Origin: Myxococcota bacterium
GTDB lineage: Bacteria > Myxococcota_A > UBA9160 > UBA4427
NCBI GenBank assembly: GCA_965250285.1
Contig: OZ252299.1
Span: 800,001-864,000 of the forward strand
Reading direction: 5' to 3'
Length of the DNA stretch: 64,000 nt
Below are positions 1-9,009 of this stretch, piece after piece (position 1 is the first letter of the stretch; each line of letters starts with the position of its first letter). A program made the position numbers and the translations under genes. The notes under the pieces are model-generated. The model saw only the letters and a program-made list of their open reading frames with translations. It was not told the DNA's origin and searched no databases.

Positions 1-154
1 TCAGGTCCGACCGAACCTCTGGCTGGGTGTCCGAACCCCCGAGCTGCGCGACGTGTCGAGCGCCCTCGACCGAACCCTCTCGGCTGATCGTCTGGCTGGG
101 GCAGGCGTCTCGACGCGTTGCGTGCCGGCGCCTTCGTCGTCGTCGGCCCTGCTC

Positions 155-2293
155 TTACCAGCCGCTTCCGTACGGGCACGCGTGCCCGTGCAGATCGATC
201 GTCGCGGCGCCCCCGTTGGTCTCGAACCGCAAGCGCGCGCGCCGCTCGACATCGGGCGATCCCGGGTTCGGCGCGAAATAGAAGAGCCGGTACTCGGCTG
301 CCTCTCCCGGTGCAACCGACTCGTCTCGAATCGGTACCAGCTGCCCGCGGTCGAGGCGGGCGACCGCGAACGACGAAGCGTCGCGCCCCTCGAGCGTGAT
401 CGAATGGATCTCGAGGTCGCGGTGACCCACGCTCTCGATCAGCGCCGTCTTCTCGCTCCATCCCTGCCAGACCTCGGGGCAATCGGTGTCCCACAAGTCG
501 AGTCGCTCGGGCAGGACGTTCGGGATCGCGTCGACCGCACGCACGACGACCGGCGCTTCGAGCGTCTGGGGTGTACCGCCCTGCCGCACGTCGACCTCGA
601 CCGTCGCCGTGTGAACGCCGTATTGGTCCGACTTGAAGAACAGGTCGAGCGGCCAGGTCTCGCCCGGGTCGAGTCGGAGGGGCAGCGAGGAGCCATCGCT
701 CGAGGCGAGCTCGAAGTGGGCGCCCGACGCACCGCCGAGGCGCATCGCATCGATCCACAACGGGGTCAGGCCTGCGTTCTGCACGTGGAACACGCGCTCG
801 AACGCACTCTGCTTCGAGAGCGATTGCTCGCCCAGATCACGTGCCGTGGGCTGCAGTCGCGCGGTCAGGCAGGCTTCACACGCCCCGGCCAGATCGAAGC
901 GGATGAACACGTCCTCGCCGGGCAAGACTTCGGGCAGGGTGTAGAAGCCCGCTGCATCGGGGTACACGCTGAACTCCGCGATCCACTCGAGCTTCGGGAC
1001 GGGTGTCCCGCGTTCGCCCACACCGAGGCGGCCGATGTCATAGCCGGGGGTGACCAGGAGCGCCTCGCTCTCGGGGAAGAATCGGGTGCAGACGCCCGGC
1101 TGGTCGCCCGAGAGATCCGATTCGCACTCGATCGATCGGCTCGACAGCTGCTGGCGGTCGAGGTGGATCCTGGCAGGGGAAAGGTCCTCGACCACCGGGT
1201 TCCCATCTCGGTCGAGCCCGAGGGCCCGGAAGACACCGATCTCCGAGACCCGCACGTCGGGCGTCCAGTTCTCCTCCCAGCGCGTCTGCTTCGGATCGAC
1301 CTCCGCGTCGATGGGTCGGCCGTCTTCGTCGAGGGAGGGCACGAACCACCGCCACAGCCACTCGGCGCGGGGTTGCTCGAGCTCGCCGGTCCGGTCCACG
1401 AGATCCTTTCGTTCCGCGCAGACCGCGCGGTACTGATTCGGGAGCTCCTCACAGGAGGCGTTGACCATCTCAACCCCGACGAACTCGAGCGGGCGCGCGA
1501 TCTCTCGTCCCGCGTCCGGGACCTTCATCAACGTCGGCTCCATTCGGCGCGGCGCGCCGCGGGCCATCCGGTCGTCGACCTCGACGTCCTCCATCGTGAA
1601 CCAGCCGTCTGCTTCGATTTCGTAGCTGACGTCCATCGGAACGGGTGGGCGCTCGCATTGGATCCCCGTGAGCGGCAGGTACGAGTTGGCATGCGCATCG
1701 TCGCAACCCTGCTCTGCGAGGTCGACGACGATCGCTTCGTCATCGTGGCGAACGCACGGGCCGAAGGGATGCGGCGACTCGCTCGCCGAGGTGTAGCCCC
1801 GAAGCATCACCGACACCTCCTCGCGGTGAGCGGGAAGGAACGCGGGCTCACCTTCGACGAGGAGGCGCTCGCGCGTCAGGGGGTCGGTCACGTCGCCTCC
1901 TGCGAACGAGACCCGGTCGGTGCTCAGCTGAACGGGATCGCCGTCGTCGGTGCGCACCTCGAGGTCCTCGAACGTCACGTCCCAGCTGAGCCGCGGAAAG
2001 CCTCGACCATCGACCCAGAGGCACCGACTGGCCGGGAGGTAGCCATACACGTCGTCCGCTCCGGCCGAAGCCAGCGACCAGTCGACCTCGCTCACGATCT
2101 CGTCGCCCCGCGGGCCGCCGTCGCTGAACAGGACGACCGGGAGGTCGTCACTGAAGATGCGGCCGAGAGCGGGCTTGATGGTCTCGTTCCAGCCGACGTC
2201 CCCGAAGACGACCGCGCGGACGTCCACGCAACCCGGCAAGCCGCCGAGGCAGAGAAGGGCAAGAGCGACGAGAGCGATCCGCGGGATGGGCAT
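155..2293 (-). CDS. Secreted lipoprotein with two C-terminal Ig-like (ASH/choice-of-anchor D type) domains
   Basis: ATG at 2293 follows a GAGGA RBS. N-terminus MPIPRIALVALALLCLGGLPGC is lipoprotein-like. Two repeats of the type VQNAGLTPLWIDAMRL..LDPGE and IESVGHRDLEIHSITL..VAPGE are typical of ASH Ig-like domains. The ORF-track extension to 2866 overlaps the next gene. Confidence 0.6.
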   Translation of the reverse strand: MPIPRIALVALALLCLGGLPGCVDVRAVVFGDVGWNETIKPALGRIFSDDLPVVLFSDGGPRGDEIVSEVDWSLASAGADDVYGYLPASRCLWVDGRGFPRLSWDVTFEDLEVRTDDGDPVQLSTDRVSFAGGDVTDPLTRERLLVEGEPAFLPAHREEVSVMLRGYTSASESPHPFGPCVRHDDEAIVVDLAEQGCDDAHANSYLPLTGIQCERPPVPMDVSYEIEADGWFTMEDVEVDDRMARGAPRRMEPTLMKVPDAGREIARPLEFVGVEMVNASCEELPNQYRAVCAERKDLVDRTGELEQPRAEWLWRWFVPSLDEDGRPIDAEVDPKQTRWEENWTPDVRVSEIGVFRALGLDRDGNPVVEDLSPARIHLDRQQLSSRSIECESDLSGDQPGVCTRFFPESEALLVTPGYDIGRLGVGERGTPVPKLEWIAEFSVYPDAAGFYTLPEVLPGEDVFIRFDLAGACEACLTARLQPTARDLGEQSLSKQSAFERVFHVQNAGLTPLWIDAMRLGGASGAHFELASSDGSSLPLRLDPGETWPLDLFFKSDQYGVHTATVEVDVRQGGTPQTLEAPVVVRAVDAIPNVLPERLDLWDTDCPEVWQGWSEKTALIESVGHRDLEIHSITLEGRDASSFAVARLDRGQLVPIRDESVAPGEAAEYRLFYFAPNPGSPDVERRARLRFETNGGAATIDLHGHACPYGSGW

Positions 2294-2546
2294 CGGCTGT
2301 CCTCGAGTGAAGTGGTCCGGCTGAATCGCCGCCCACGACCGGTTTGTACCGTGGCAGGAAGTCTCGGGGAATGATCGGGGTGTGATCGATCTATGATTAG
2401 AGCGGTGCACGAAGAAACAAGAGTGATTGTGATTCTTGCGTGTGCCGATCTCGAGCCATCGCGCTCCTCGGGGTCGCCCGGGTTGTGGTCGCCGATCGAT
2501 CGCCGAGCAGTCGCCGCGCCGCGGCGCTGATACACTCCGCGCATCC

Positions 2547-4028
2547 ATGGGCATCGAGATCGATCGCATCGAATTCGACGCGGACGACCGCCGTCGCTTC
2601 AACGAGCGCCTGGCGTGCTCGCTCGACGTGCTCGGCGAGCTGCTCGCGCGACCGGGCTTTGGTGAGGGCCCGATGTCGCTCGGCGCCGAGCTCGAGGTTT
2701 CGCTCGTCGATGATCTCGGTCGGCCGCGGCTGCAGAACGTCGAGGTGATCTCGGCTTCAGGCGACCCGCGCCTGACCATCGAGCTCGATCGCTTCAACGT
2801 CGAGGCCAACATGCGGCACGGTCCGCTCGAGGGCCGCTCTTTCTCGAGACTCATCACCGAGGCCATCGAGTGCCTCGAAGAGATCGAGCGTGCCGCCGAG
2901 GGCGCCGACGCGCGGGTCGCGATGGTGGGGATTTTGCCGACCCTGCGCAGCGAGGACCTGACGCCCGACTCGATGACCGAGAGCTTCCGTTACGCGGCGT
3001 TGTCGAGAACACTCCGGCAGCTTCGCGACGAGCCCTTCCTGATCGACATCCACGGTGAAGACGATCTGCGGCTCGAGGTCGAAGATGTCACCTTCGAGGG
3101 GGCGGCGACCTCGTTTCAGGTGCACCTGCGCGTCTCGCCCGATGACTTCGCCGACGTCTACGACGGCGTTCAGCTCGCCTCGGCGCCCGTGCTCGCCGTC
3201 GCGGGCAACTCACCGCTGTTCCTCGGCCGACGCCTGTGGCACGAGACGCGCATCGCGCTCTTCAAGCAGGCGGTCGATCACCGAGCCGAGCGCGGCGCGC
3301 TCGGCCGCGATGCACGCGTGTCGTTCGGGCACGGCTGGACGCAATCGCCCTTCGATCTCTTCGTCGAGTCGGTCGACGGCCACACGCCTCTGCTGCCGGT
3401 GCTCGACACCGAAGACCCGCGCGACGCTGCGTCGGGCGGCGGCACGCCTCGGCTGCGCGAGCTGCGGCTTCATCAGGGGACGGTCTGGCGCTGGAACCGG
3501 GCCATCTACGATCACGCCGAAGGCGGCCACCTGCGCATCGAGCTGCGGGCTCTACCCGCCGGTCCGACGGTGCGCGACATGGCGGCCAACGCTGCTTTCC
3601 ACATCGGTCTCGGGCTCGAGCTCGCGCGCAGCGCCGCCGAATGGCGCGACGAGATCGACTTCGAGACGGTGCACGCCGACTTCTACCGCGCGGCGCGCGA
3701 GGGGGTCGATGCGCAGATCCACTGGCCTCGGGCCCTCGGCGGCGCCGGTCGCCCGGCAGCGGTCGCCGAGATGATCCCGGTGCTGCTCGAGCGCGCGCGG
3801 GCGGGGTGTGTGGCCGCAGGCATCGAAGCCGACGAGCTCGACCCGCTCTTCGAGGGCATCGGCGAGCGCGTGGCGCGTCGCCGCACGGGTGCGACCTGGC
3901 AGCTCGATGCGTTGGCGGCGGCCGAGCATCGCCAGAGCCGCGACGAAGCGATGCACACCATGTTCGCGGGCTACCTCGAGCGGTCGCGCGAGGGCACGCC
4001 CGTGCACCTCTGGACCGACCTCCCGTGA
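2547..4028 (+). CDS. Glutamate--cysteine ligase family 2 (GCS2) carboxylate-amine ligase
   Basis: Motifs LGAELEVSLVD, ELDRFNVE, TSFQVHL, GNSPLFLGRRLWHETRIALF, HQGTVWRWNR and HLRIELRALPAGPT. Start trimmed to ATG 2547. Confidence 0.85.
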   Translation: MGIEIDRIEFDADDRRRFNERLACSLDVLGELLARPGFGEGPMSLGAELEVSLVDDLGRPRLQNVEVISASGDPRLTIELDRFNVEANMRHGPLEGRSFSRLITEAIECLEEIERAAEGADARVAMVGILPTLRSEDLTPDSMTESFRYAALSRTLRQLRDEPFLIDIHGEDDLRLEVEDVTFEGAATSFQVHLRVSPDDFADVYDGVQLASAPVLAVAGNSPLFLGRRLWHETRIALFKQAVDHRAERGALGRDARVSFGHGWTQSPFDLFVESVDGHTPLLPVLDTEDPRDAASGGGTPRLRELRLHQGTVWRWNRAIYDHAEGGHLRIELRALPAGPTVRDMAANAAFHIGLGLELARSAAEWRDEIDFETVHADFYRAAREGVDAQIHWPRALGGAGRPAAVAEMIPVLLERARAGCVAAGIEADELDPLFEGIGERVARRRTGATWQLDALAAAEHRQSRDEAMHTMFAGYLERSREGTPVHLWTDLP

Positions 4029-5224
4029 GCGAGGTGCTGCGCGTCGTCGCCGCTCCTGCGCCGAACGTGATCCCCGCCGATCCGCTCGCGCTGCTCGGTG
4101 CGCTCGACGGGCCCGTCGCGTGGCGCGTCCGCGGCCGCGACCCGACGCGAGTGCGTGTCGTGACGACGCTCTTGCACGGCAACGAGCCCTCCGGACTGCT
4201 CGCGTTGCAGTCGTGGCTGCGCGAGGGGCCGTCGCCCGCCGTCGACATCTTATGCGTCATCGCGAACGTCGAGGCGGCGAAGCGCTCCCCCGTCTTCACG
4301 CATCGCACGGTGCCTGGCCGCCCCGACCTCAACCGCTGCTTCCTCGGGCCCTTCGAGGGCGTCGAGGGTCGGCTTGCGCGCGCGATCCTCGATCTGGTCG
4401 AAGCGATCGAGCCCGAGGCCCTCGTGGACATCCATAACAACACGGGACACAATCCTGTGTACGGTGTTGGAGTCGAGCCGACGCCCGAGATCCTGGGCCT
4501 CTGCTCGATGTTCGGCACGCGCTTCATCTGGAGCGACCTGACCCTCGGCGCGCTGCTCGAAGCGGTGACCGCGTGCCCGGCCGCGACGATCGAGGTCGGC
4601 AAGAGCGGCGAGGAGAGCGCCAACGTCGCCGCGCTACAGGGGCTCAGGCGCTACGTCGACGCCGAGCGGCTCTTCGAGCCCGGCGACCGCTCGGCCGATG
4701 GCACCGCGCTCTTCGAACCCGATCGCGTGCGTGTTCTGAGAATGCCCATGCGCGCGACGATCGAGCCAGGGCTTCGGCTCGTGATGTCGACGGTGCCCCA
4801 CGCCGATGCCGATCTCACCATGCCCGACGACCTCGATCGGCACAACTTCGAGCTGGTCGAGGCCGGGGCGCGCATCGGCTGGGTCAAGGGCGCTCGGGCG
4901 CCGCTTCGCCTCGTCGACCAGGATGGCCGAAACCGCGCCGACGAGTACTTCGAGCGCAGAGGCGACGAGCTGGTCGTCCGTCGCCCGTTCATGCCCATCA
5001 TGATCACGACCGACGCGGCGGTCGCGGCTTCGGACTGTCTCTTCTACGTCGTGCACGATGCGACGGCAGAGAGCCGCGGTGCGGACGGGGACGGGAGCGG
5101 CCGCGGCGTCAAGAGCGGCGGTGGGAGCCAAGCCGACTCAGGCCCAGGCCGGTCAACAGGGCCACAAGCGCGCTCAGCGGCGCCGGCCCGACCAGACCCG
5201 GTACCGGTGCGGCGCGCACCATGA
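4025..5224 (+). CDS. Succinylglutamate desuccinylase/aspartoacylase (M14-like Zn hydrolase)
   Basis: LHGNEPSG, DLNRCF, DIHN and TIEVG motifs. GTG start overlaps the upstream stop (GTGA at 4025-4028). Confidence 0.8.
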   Translation: MSEVLRVVAAPAPNVIPADPLALLGALDGPVAWRVRGRDPTRVRVVTTLLHGNEPSGLLALQSWLREGPSPAVDILCVIANVEAAKRSPVFTHRTVPGRPDLNRCFLGPFEGVEGRLARAILDLVEAIEPEALVDIHNNTGHNPVYGVGVEPTPEILGLCSMFGTRFIWSDLTLGALLEAVTACPAATIEVGKSGEESANVAALQGLRRYVDAERLFEPGDRSADGTALFEPDRVRVLRMPMRATIEPGLRLVMSTVPHADADLTMPDDLDRHNFELVEAGARIGWVKGARAPLRLVDQDGRNRADEYFERRGDELVVRRPFMPIMITTDAAVAASDCLFYVVHDATAESRGADGDGSGRGVKSGGGSQADSGPGRSTGPQARSAAPARPDPVPVRRAP

Positions 5225-5705
5225 AGGCCCCGCTGTTGATGGCGGTCTGCTCGACCACCGTGCACTGCGCGTCCACGTAGTAGGTGACCGCGCCCGTCCA
5301 CTCGAACGCGGTCGGCGAGCTGAACTCGAGCTGCCACGTTCCGATCAGGAAGAGCTCCTCGATGAACGGGGGGGCGGCGATCGGCTCGATGCCGTAGCGC
5401 GTGCAGATCGATTCGAGCACGAGGGTGTCGTCGTCGACGAACGTGCCGTTCAGCGCCAGGTTCTCTTCGACGATGTCCGGAGGGAACGGAGGGATCGTGA
5501 CCGTGACGTTCTGGATGGTCGTCGATTCGAAGACCGCCGTACCCGCCTGCGCGTCGACGGTGAGGGTGGCAGGCCCGACCAGCGGCTCGAGGCCGATGAG
5601 GCCACCGGGCTGCGCCTCGTAGGTCCCCGACTGCGGCAACGCGAGGGCGTTCGCCGGGGCAACGGCGAGTACGAAACACAGGGCGATACACTTCCAGCTC
5701 GGCAT
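5109..5705 (-). CDS. Small secreted protein with a PEP-CTERM/IPTL-like C-terminal sorting signal
   Basis: Signal peptide MPSWKCIALCFVLAVAPANALA. C-terminus APVPGLVGPAPLSALVALLTGLGLSRLGSHRRS is a Pro motif, then a TM helix, then a basic tail. Confidence 0.6.
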   Translation of the reverse strand: MPSWKCIALCFVLAVAPANALALPQSGTYEAQPGGLIGLEPLVGPATLTVDAQAGTAVFESTTIQNVTVTIPPFPPDIVEENLALNGTFVDDDTLVLESICTRYGIEPIAAPPFIEELFLIGTWQLEFSSPTAFEWTGAVTYYVDAQCTVVEQTAINSGAFMVRAAPVPGLVGPAPLSALVALLTGLGLSRLGSHRRS

Positions 5706-5898
5706 CCACAATCCCCAGCGATCAGCGCGACGGCCGCACCGTAACACAGGGAGCGGTCACCGATCGATGCCGCACGGGGGGGGGACGACGAAGGTTGGAA
5801 GCCGTGCGAGCTGAGACCCGCCGATGGCGCACGGGCTTCGAGCGGCCCCGCTCGCATCCGGGCTGCGGGTCGCTGCGGGCCCGGTTGGGCCGACTCAC

Positions 5899-7515
5899 TC
5901 AACCGTCGTGTTCGGGACAGCGACCGTCGGGACCGGGCGGCGAGCCATTCAGGCTCCAGTCGTAGTCGAGGAACTCGACCTCGAGTTCGCCGGTGCGCAA
6001 CGCCTCGGCCACCTCGGGCGCGTCGACGTAGCGGGCGAGATACGCCTCGAGCGAGCCGGCCGACGCTTCGAACTCGTCGCGGTACCAGTCGAAGATCGCC
6101 GATACGTCGGCGCGGCCGGCCGACATGTCGAAGCGGTTGCGGGTGGGGTCGTTGACGAACTGTCGCGCCGCCTGGTCGAGTTCGGCGTCGAGCCGGGCCG
6201 CCGAGTACGTCCCGCTTCGCAGCCAAGGACACGACGCCGACGCACATACGAGCGCGAAGTGAATGCGCTCGTCGCCCATGGGGATGAGCACCTTGCGCTC
6301 GAGCGTGAGCAGGCTCATCTCTTCGCCCGCCACGCGGTGTCGCGTGCGCACGAAGAACGTGTACCGACCCAGCAGCGTGCTCGGGCTCTGACCGCGAAGG
6401 ATGCCGTCGAGCGAGAGGGCGTTGTAGGCGTTGACGTAGAGGGTCATCCGTTCGGGATCGCTGAGGTCGTCGACCGATGTGCGTTCGACCGCCGAGAGAT
6501 AGTCGTCGAGCGCGGGGGCTCCGCAGAACGCCGCATAGTCGACATGCCCGTCATCGACGTGCTCGGCGAGCAGCGCGCTCCATGCGCGGTCGTCTACTGA
6601 AGCGACGCGCTCTGCGGGCGCGACGGTGTAGGGCTTGGGCGCCTTGGCACAGCCGAACGTGAGGCCGGCCACCATGAGCACCAGCGCCGCGATGCTCGAC
6701 AGCCCGCGACGTGTTGCTCGCTGGGTTTGGGGCGGCGTGCGCGCGTCGAGCAGCTGCCTTCGCACGCTCGAAGCGAGCAGGCTCGCGTCGATGTCGCGGT
6801 GGTCGTCGGGCTCGATCGGCGCCAGGATGCGAATGCGGATCACGTGTCGACCCGATACGACGAGCGTGCCGGGCCGCCAGGCCTGGCCCGCGCCCTCGAT
6901 CAGCACCGGGATCAGGGGAACGCCTGCACGCTGCGCGCACACGAACGCGCCGGGTTTGAACTCGATCATCTCGTCGGGCGAGAGCCGACCTTCGGGAAAG
7001 AAAGCAACCGGGGTTCCCGCCGCGAGTGCTTCAGCGGCCTTGGCCATTGCGCGATGCCCGCTCTCGCGGTCGCCGAGCTTGACCGCGATCTGTTCGCTGT
7101 CTCGAAACAGCCCGCCGGCGAGCGGAATCGCGAAGAGGTAGTCCTCGGCGACGAAGCGTGCGGGCGTGCGCAGCATGAGCAAACAGAGCACGTCGAGGCC
7201 CGACTCGTGATTGGCGACGAGCACGTAGGGCCCTTCCGAGGGCAGATTCGACCGGCCTTCGATCTCGAATCGGTAGAGCGGCGTAGTATCTCCGTAGACC
7301 GAGACCCAGCGTGCGATCAGTCGACGCAGTCCATCGCCGCGATCCTCGCGCGAACCGGGCCAGCGGCGGTAGATCGCGGCGACGGGGAAGAGCGCCAGCA
7401 TGATCATCGAGAGCCACACCCAGGCCCACGCCGATCGCAGCCCCGAGGCGAGAGCCGACGTGCGTGACAACCGGGGTGCCGCGTCTTCTCGGATCGGCTT
7501 GCTCGGGCTGCTCAT
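5899..7515 (-). CDS. Lysophospholipid acyltransferase (PlsC-like) fused to a DUF547 domain
   Basis: Acyltransferase motifs VANHESGLD (HxxxxD) and FFPEGRLS. An internal hydrophobic stretch ends in LTFGC. DUF547 motifs VDYAA, YVNAYNA, RIHFALVCASASCP, IFDWYRDEF and YDWSLN follow. Start uncertain. Confidence 0.75.
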   Translation of the reverse strand: MSSPSKPIREDAAPRLSRTSALASGLRSAWAWVWLSMIMLALFPVAAIYRRWPGSREDRGDGLRRLIARWVSVYGDTTPLYRFEIEGRSNLPSEGPYVLVANHESGLDVLCLLMLRTPARFVAEDYLFAIPLAGGLFRDSEQIAVKLGDRESGHRAMAKAAEALAAGTPVAFFPEGRLSPDEMIEFKPGAFVCAQRAGVPLIPVLIEGAGQAWRPGTLVVSGRHVIRIRILAPIEPDDHRDIDASLLASSVRRQLLDARTPPQTQRATRRGLSSIAALVLMVAGLTFGCAKAPKPYTVAPAERVASVDDRAWSALLAEHVDDGHVDYAAFCGAPALDDYLSAVERTSVDDLSDPERMTLYVNAYNALSLDGILRGQSPSTLLGRYTFFVRTRHRVAGEEMSLLTLERKVLIPMGDERIHFALVCASASCPWLRSGTYSAARLDAELDQAARQFVNDPTRNRFDMSAGRADVSAIFDWYRDEFEASAGSLEAYLARYVDAPEVAEALRTGELEVEFLDYDWSLNGSPPGPDGRCPEHDG

Positions 7516-8146
7516 CGGCTGGCTCCTCTCGTCGTTGCTCGCTGCGCCGATGACGCCGAGGCCGACGCGCGCGGACGCGACACCTGACGGCTCCGCCCTC
7601 GAGATTACGGTGGCGGGCGACATCGATGCAGACTTCGCGGCGGTTCGGGCGGTGCTGCTCGACGTCGAAGGGCTCGGCGCCTGGTTCCCTGGCGTCGGCG
7701 AGTGGCGCGTGCTCGCAAGCGAGCCCGACTCGATGCTCGTCTACGGCCACCAGCCACTCCCCTGGCCGATCACCGACCGCGACTACGTCGTACGATACCG
7801 CTGGGTTACGTCTGGTCTCGGTGAGCTGCAGCTCGAGGCGAGCAGCGAGGTGACCGCCTCGATGCCCGAGCGCGACGGTCGGGTGCGCGTCGACACCATG
7901 CGCACCCTCTGGGAAGTCTCTGAGGCAGGCGGCGTCGTGCACGTCCGCTACACCTATTGGGGGTCGACCGGCGCACGGCTGCCGCGGTGGGTCATGCGTT
8001 TGGGCTGGGAGCGCCGGGCGTACGCCGTCATCGACGCGTTGCGCGACGAGTTGGCACGTCGCTCGATCGAGGCGCGGGGGTCGAGCCCCACCGCGCCCCG
8101 GACAGATGTGTCGGGGGCGTCAGAAGGCGAAGGGTCCGTCGAATGA
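7460..8146 (+). CDS. START/SRPBCC lipid-binding domain protein
   Basis: LPWPITDRDYVV motif typical of START domains and an N-terminal hydrophobic signal. Start uncertain (GTG 7460 or later). Confidence 0.6.
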   Translation: MRDNRGAASSRIGLLGLLIGWLLSSLLAAPMTPRPTRADATPDGSALEITVAGDIDADFAAVRAVLLDVEGLGAWFPGVGEWRVLASEPDSMLVYGHQPLPWPITDRDYVVRYRWVTSGLGELQLEASSEVTASMPERDGRVRVDTMRTLWEVSEAGGVVHVRYTYWGSTGARLPRWVMRLGWERRAYAVIDALRDELARRSIEARGSSPTAPRTDVSGASEGEGSVE

Positions 8147-8164
8147 GTCGAATGAGTCGAATGA
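8138..8164 (+). repeat. 3 x 9-bp tandem repeat (GTCGAATGA) at a gene junction
   Basis: Reads gtcgaatga-gtcgaatga-gtcgaatga. It encodes MSRMSRM and contains the upstream stop. Confidence 0.9.
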
Positions 8165-8787
8165 TGCTGACCCTCGGGCTGGCTTTCGTCGTTCTGAGCG
8201 CGCTCGGGGCCGCGCCGGCTCTGGCCGATTCGGCCGAAACCCCGCCGAGCCACAGCCGAGGTGACGTCTACGTCGGGCTCGAAGGCGGACTGACCGCATG
8301 GAATCGGATCGATCCCAATCTGCCGGGCGTCGGCAAGTCGGACTTCCTCGTCGGCGCCGGGGTCACGATGCGAGCGGGTCTGCAGTGGCGCGACCACGTT
8401 CGCTTCGACGGTCAGGTCGGCTGGACGGGCGCGAAGGCGGGGGACACCGCCGATCGCATCGACATCGTGCACGCCACCGCACAGGCGTACTGGGACTTCT
8501 CCGAGCCGGGTGCCTGGGTGCGCCCGTATGTCGGCCTGGGCCTCGGCATCGCCGGGGGCTGGCTGCAGAACAACCCCGCCAACGTGCCGCCCGCGTCCGC
8601 GACATCGAAGGGTGTGGGGCTCGCCTACATCGTCGCGGGGGGCGGGCGGTTTCGGCTCGACGATGATTGGTCGCTGGCCTGCGCGTACCACTTTCTCGGC
8701 ACCGGGGCCTTGATCGACGACGGCCAGGGCGGGCACGTGAATCCGACGCTGCATTCGTTCATGGTCGGGTTCCACCGTCGGTTCTGA
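8143..8787 (+). CDS. Outer-membrane beta-barrel protein (OmpW/opacity porin-like)
   Basis: Signal peptide, YVGLEGG, AYWDF..VRPYVGLGLG, terminal aromatic residue (VGFHRRF). Confidence 0.75.
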   Translation: MSRMSRMMLTLGLAFVVLSALGAAPALADSAETPPSHSRGDVYVGLEGGLTAWNRIDPNLPGVGKSDFLVGAGVTMRAGLQWRDHVRFDGQVGWTGAKAGDTADRIDIVHATAQAYWDFSEPGAWVRPYVGLGLGIAGGWLQNNPANVPPASATSKGVGLAYIVAGGGRFRLDDDWSLACAYHFLGTGALIDDGQGGHVNPTLHSFMVGFHRRF

Positions 8788-9009
8788 GACGAGACAGCGT
8801 TCGGTTTCTCGACGTCGTGTAGAGATCGTGCGCAGATCGATCCAGTCGGGTCGCTGCAGCTCTCTCATGCGACGGGGCGCCGCGCGTCGTGCGTCCCCGC
8901 TATGTTGGCTCAAAGGGCGGGGAGGACCGTACCGCCAGGCGCGCGTGCATCGCGGTGCGTGTGCAAGATCCGTCGGCAACACCGCGACCCGATCCGAAGG
9001 AGGCACGTG

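Noticed and set aside
53..2374. 773-aa plus-strand ORF, and similar long ORFs such as 7954-9447, 13949-15352, 23394-24836, 51937-53679 and 54755-56833
   Set aside because: Antisense or alternate-frame shadows of real genes, expected at high GC; Arg/Ala-rich with no motifs.
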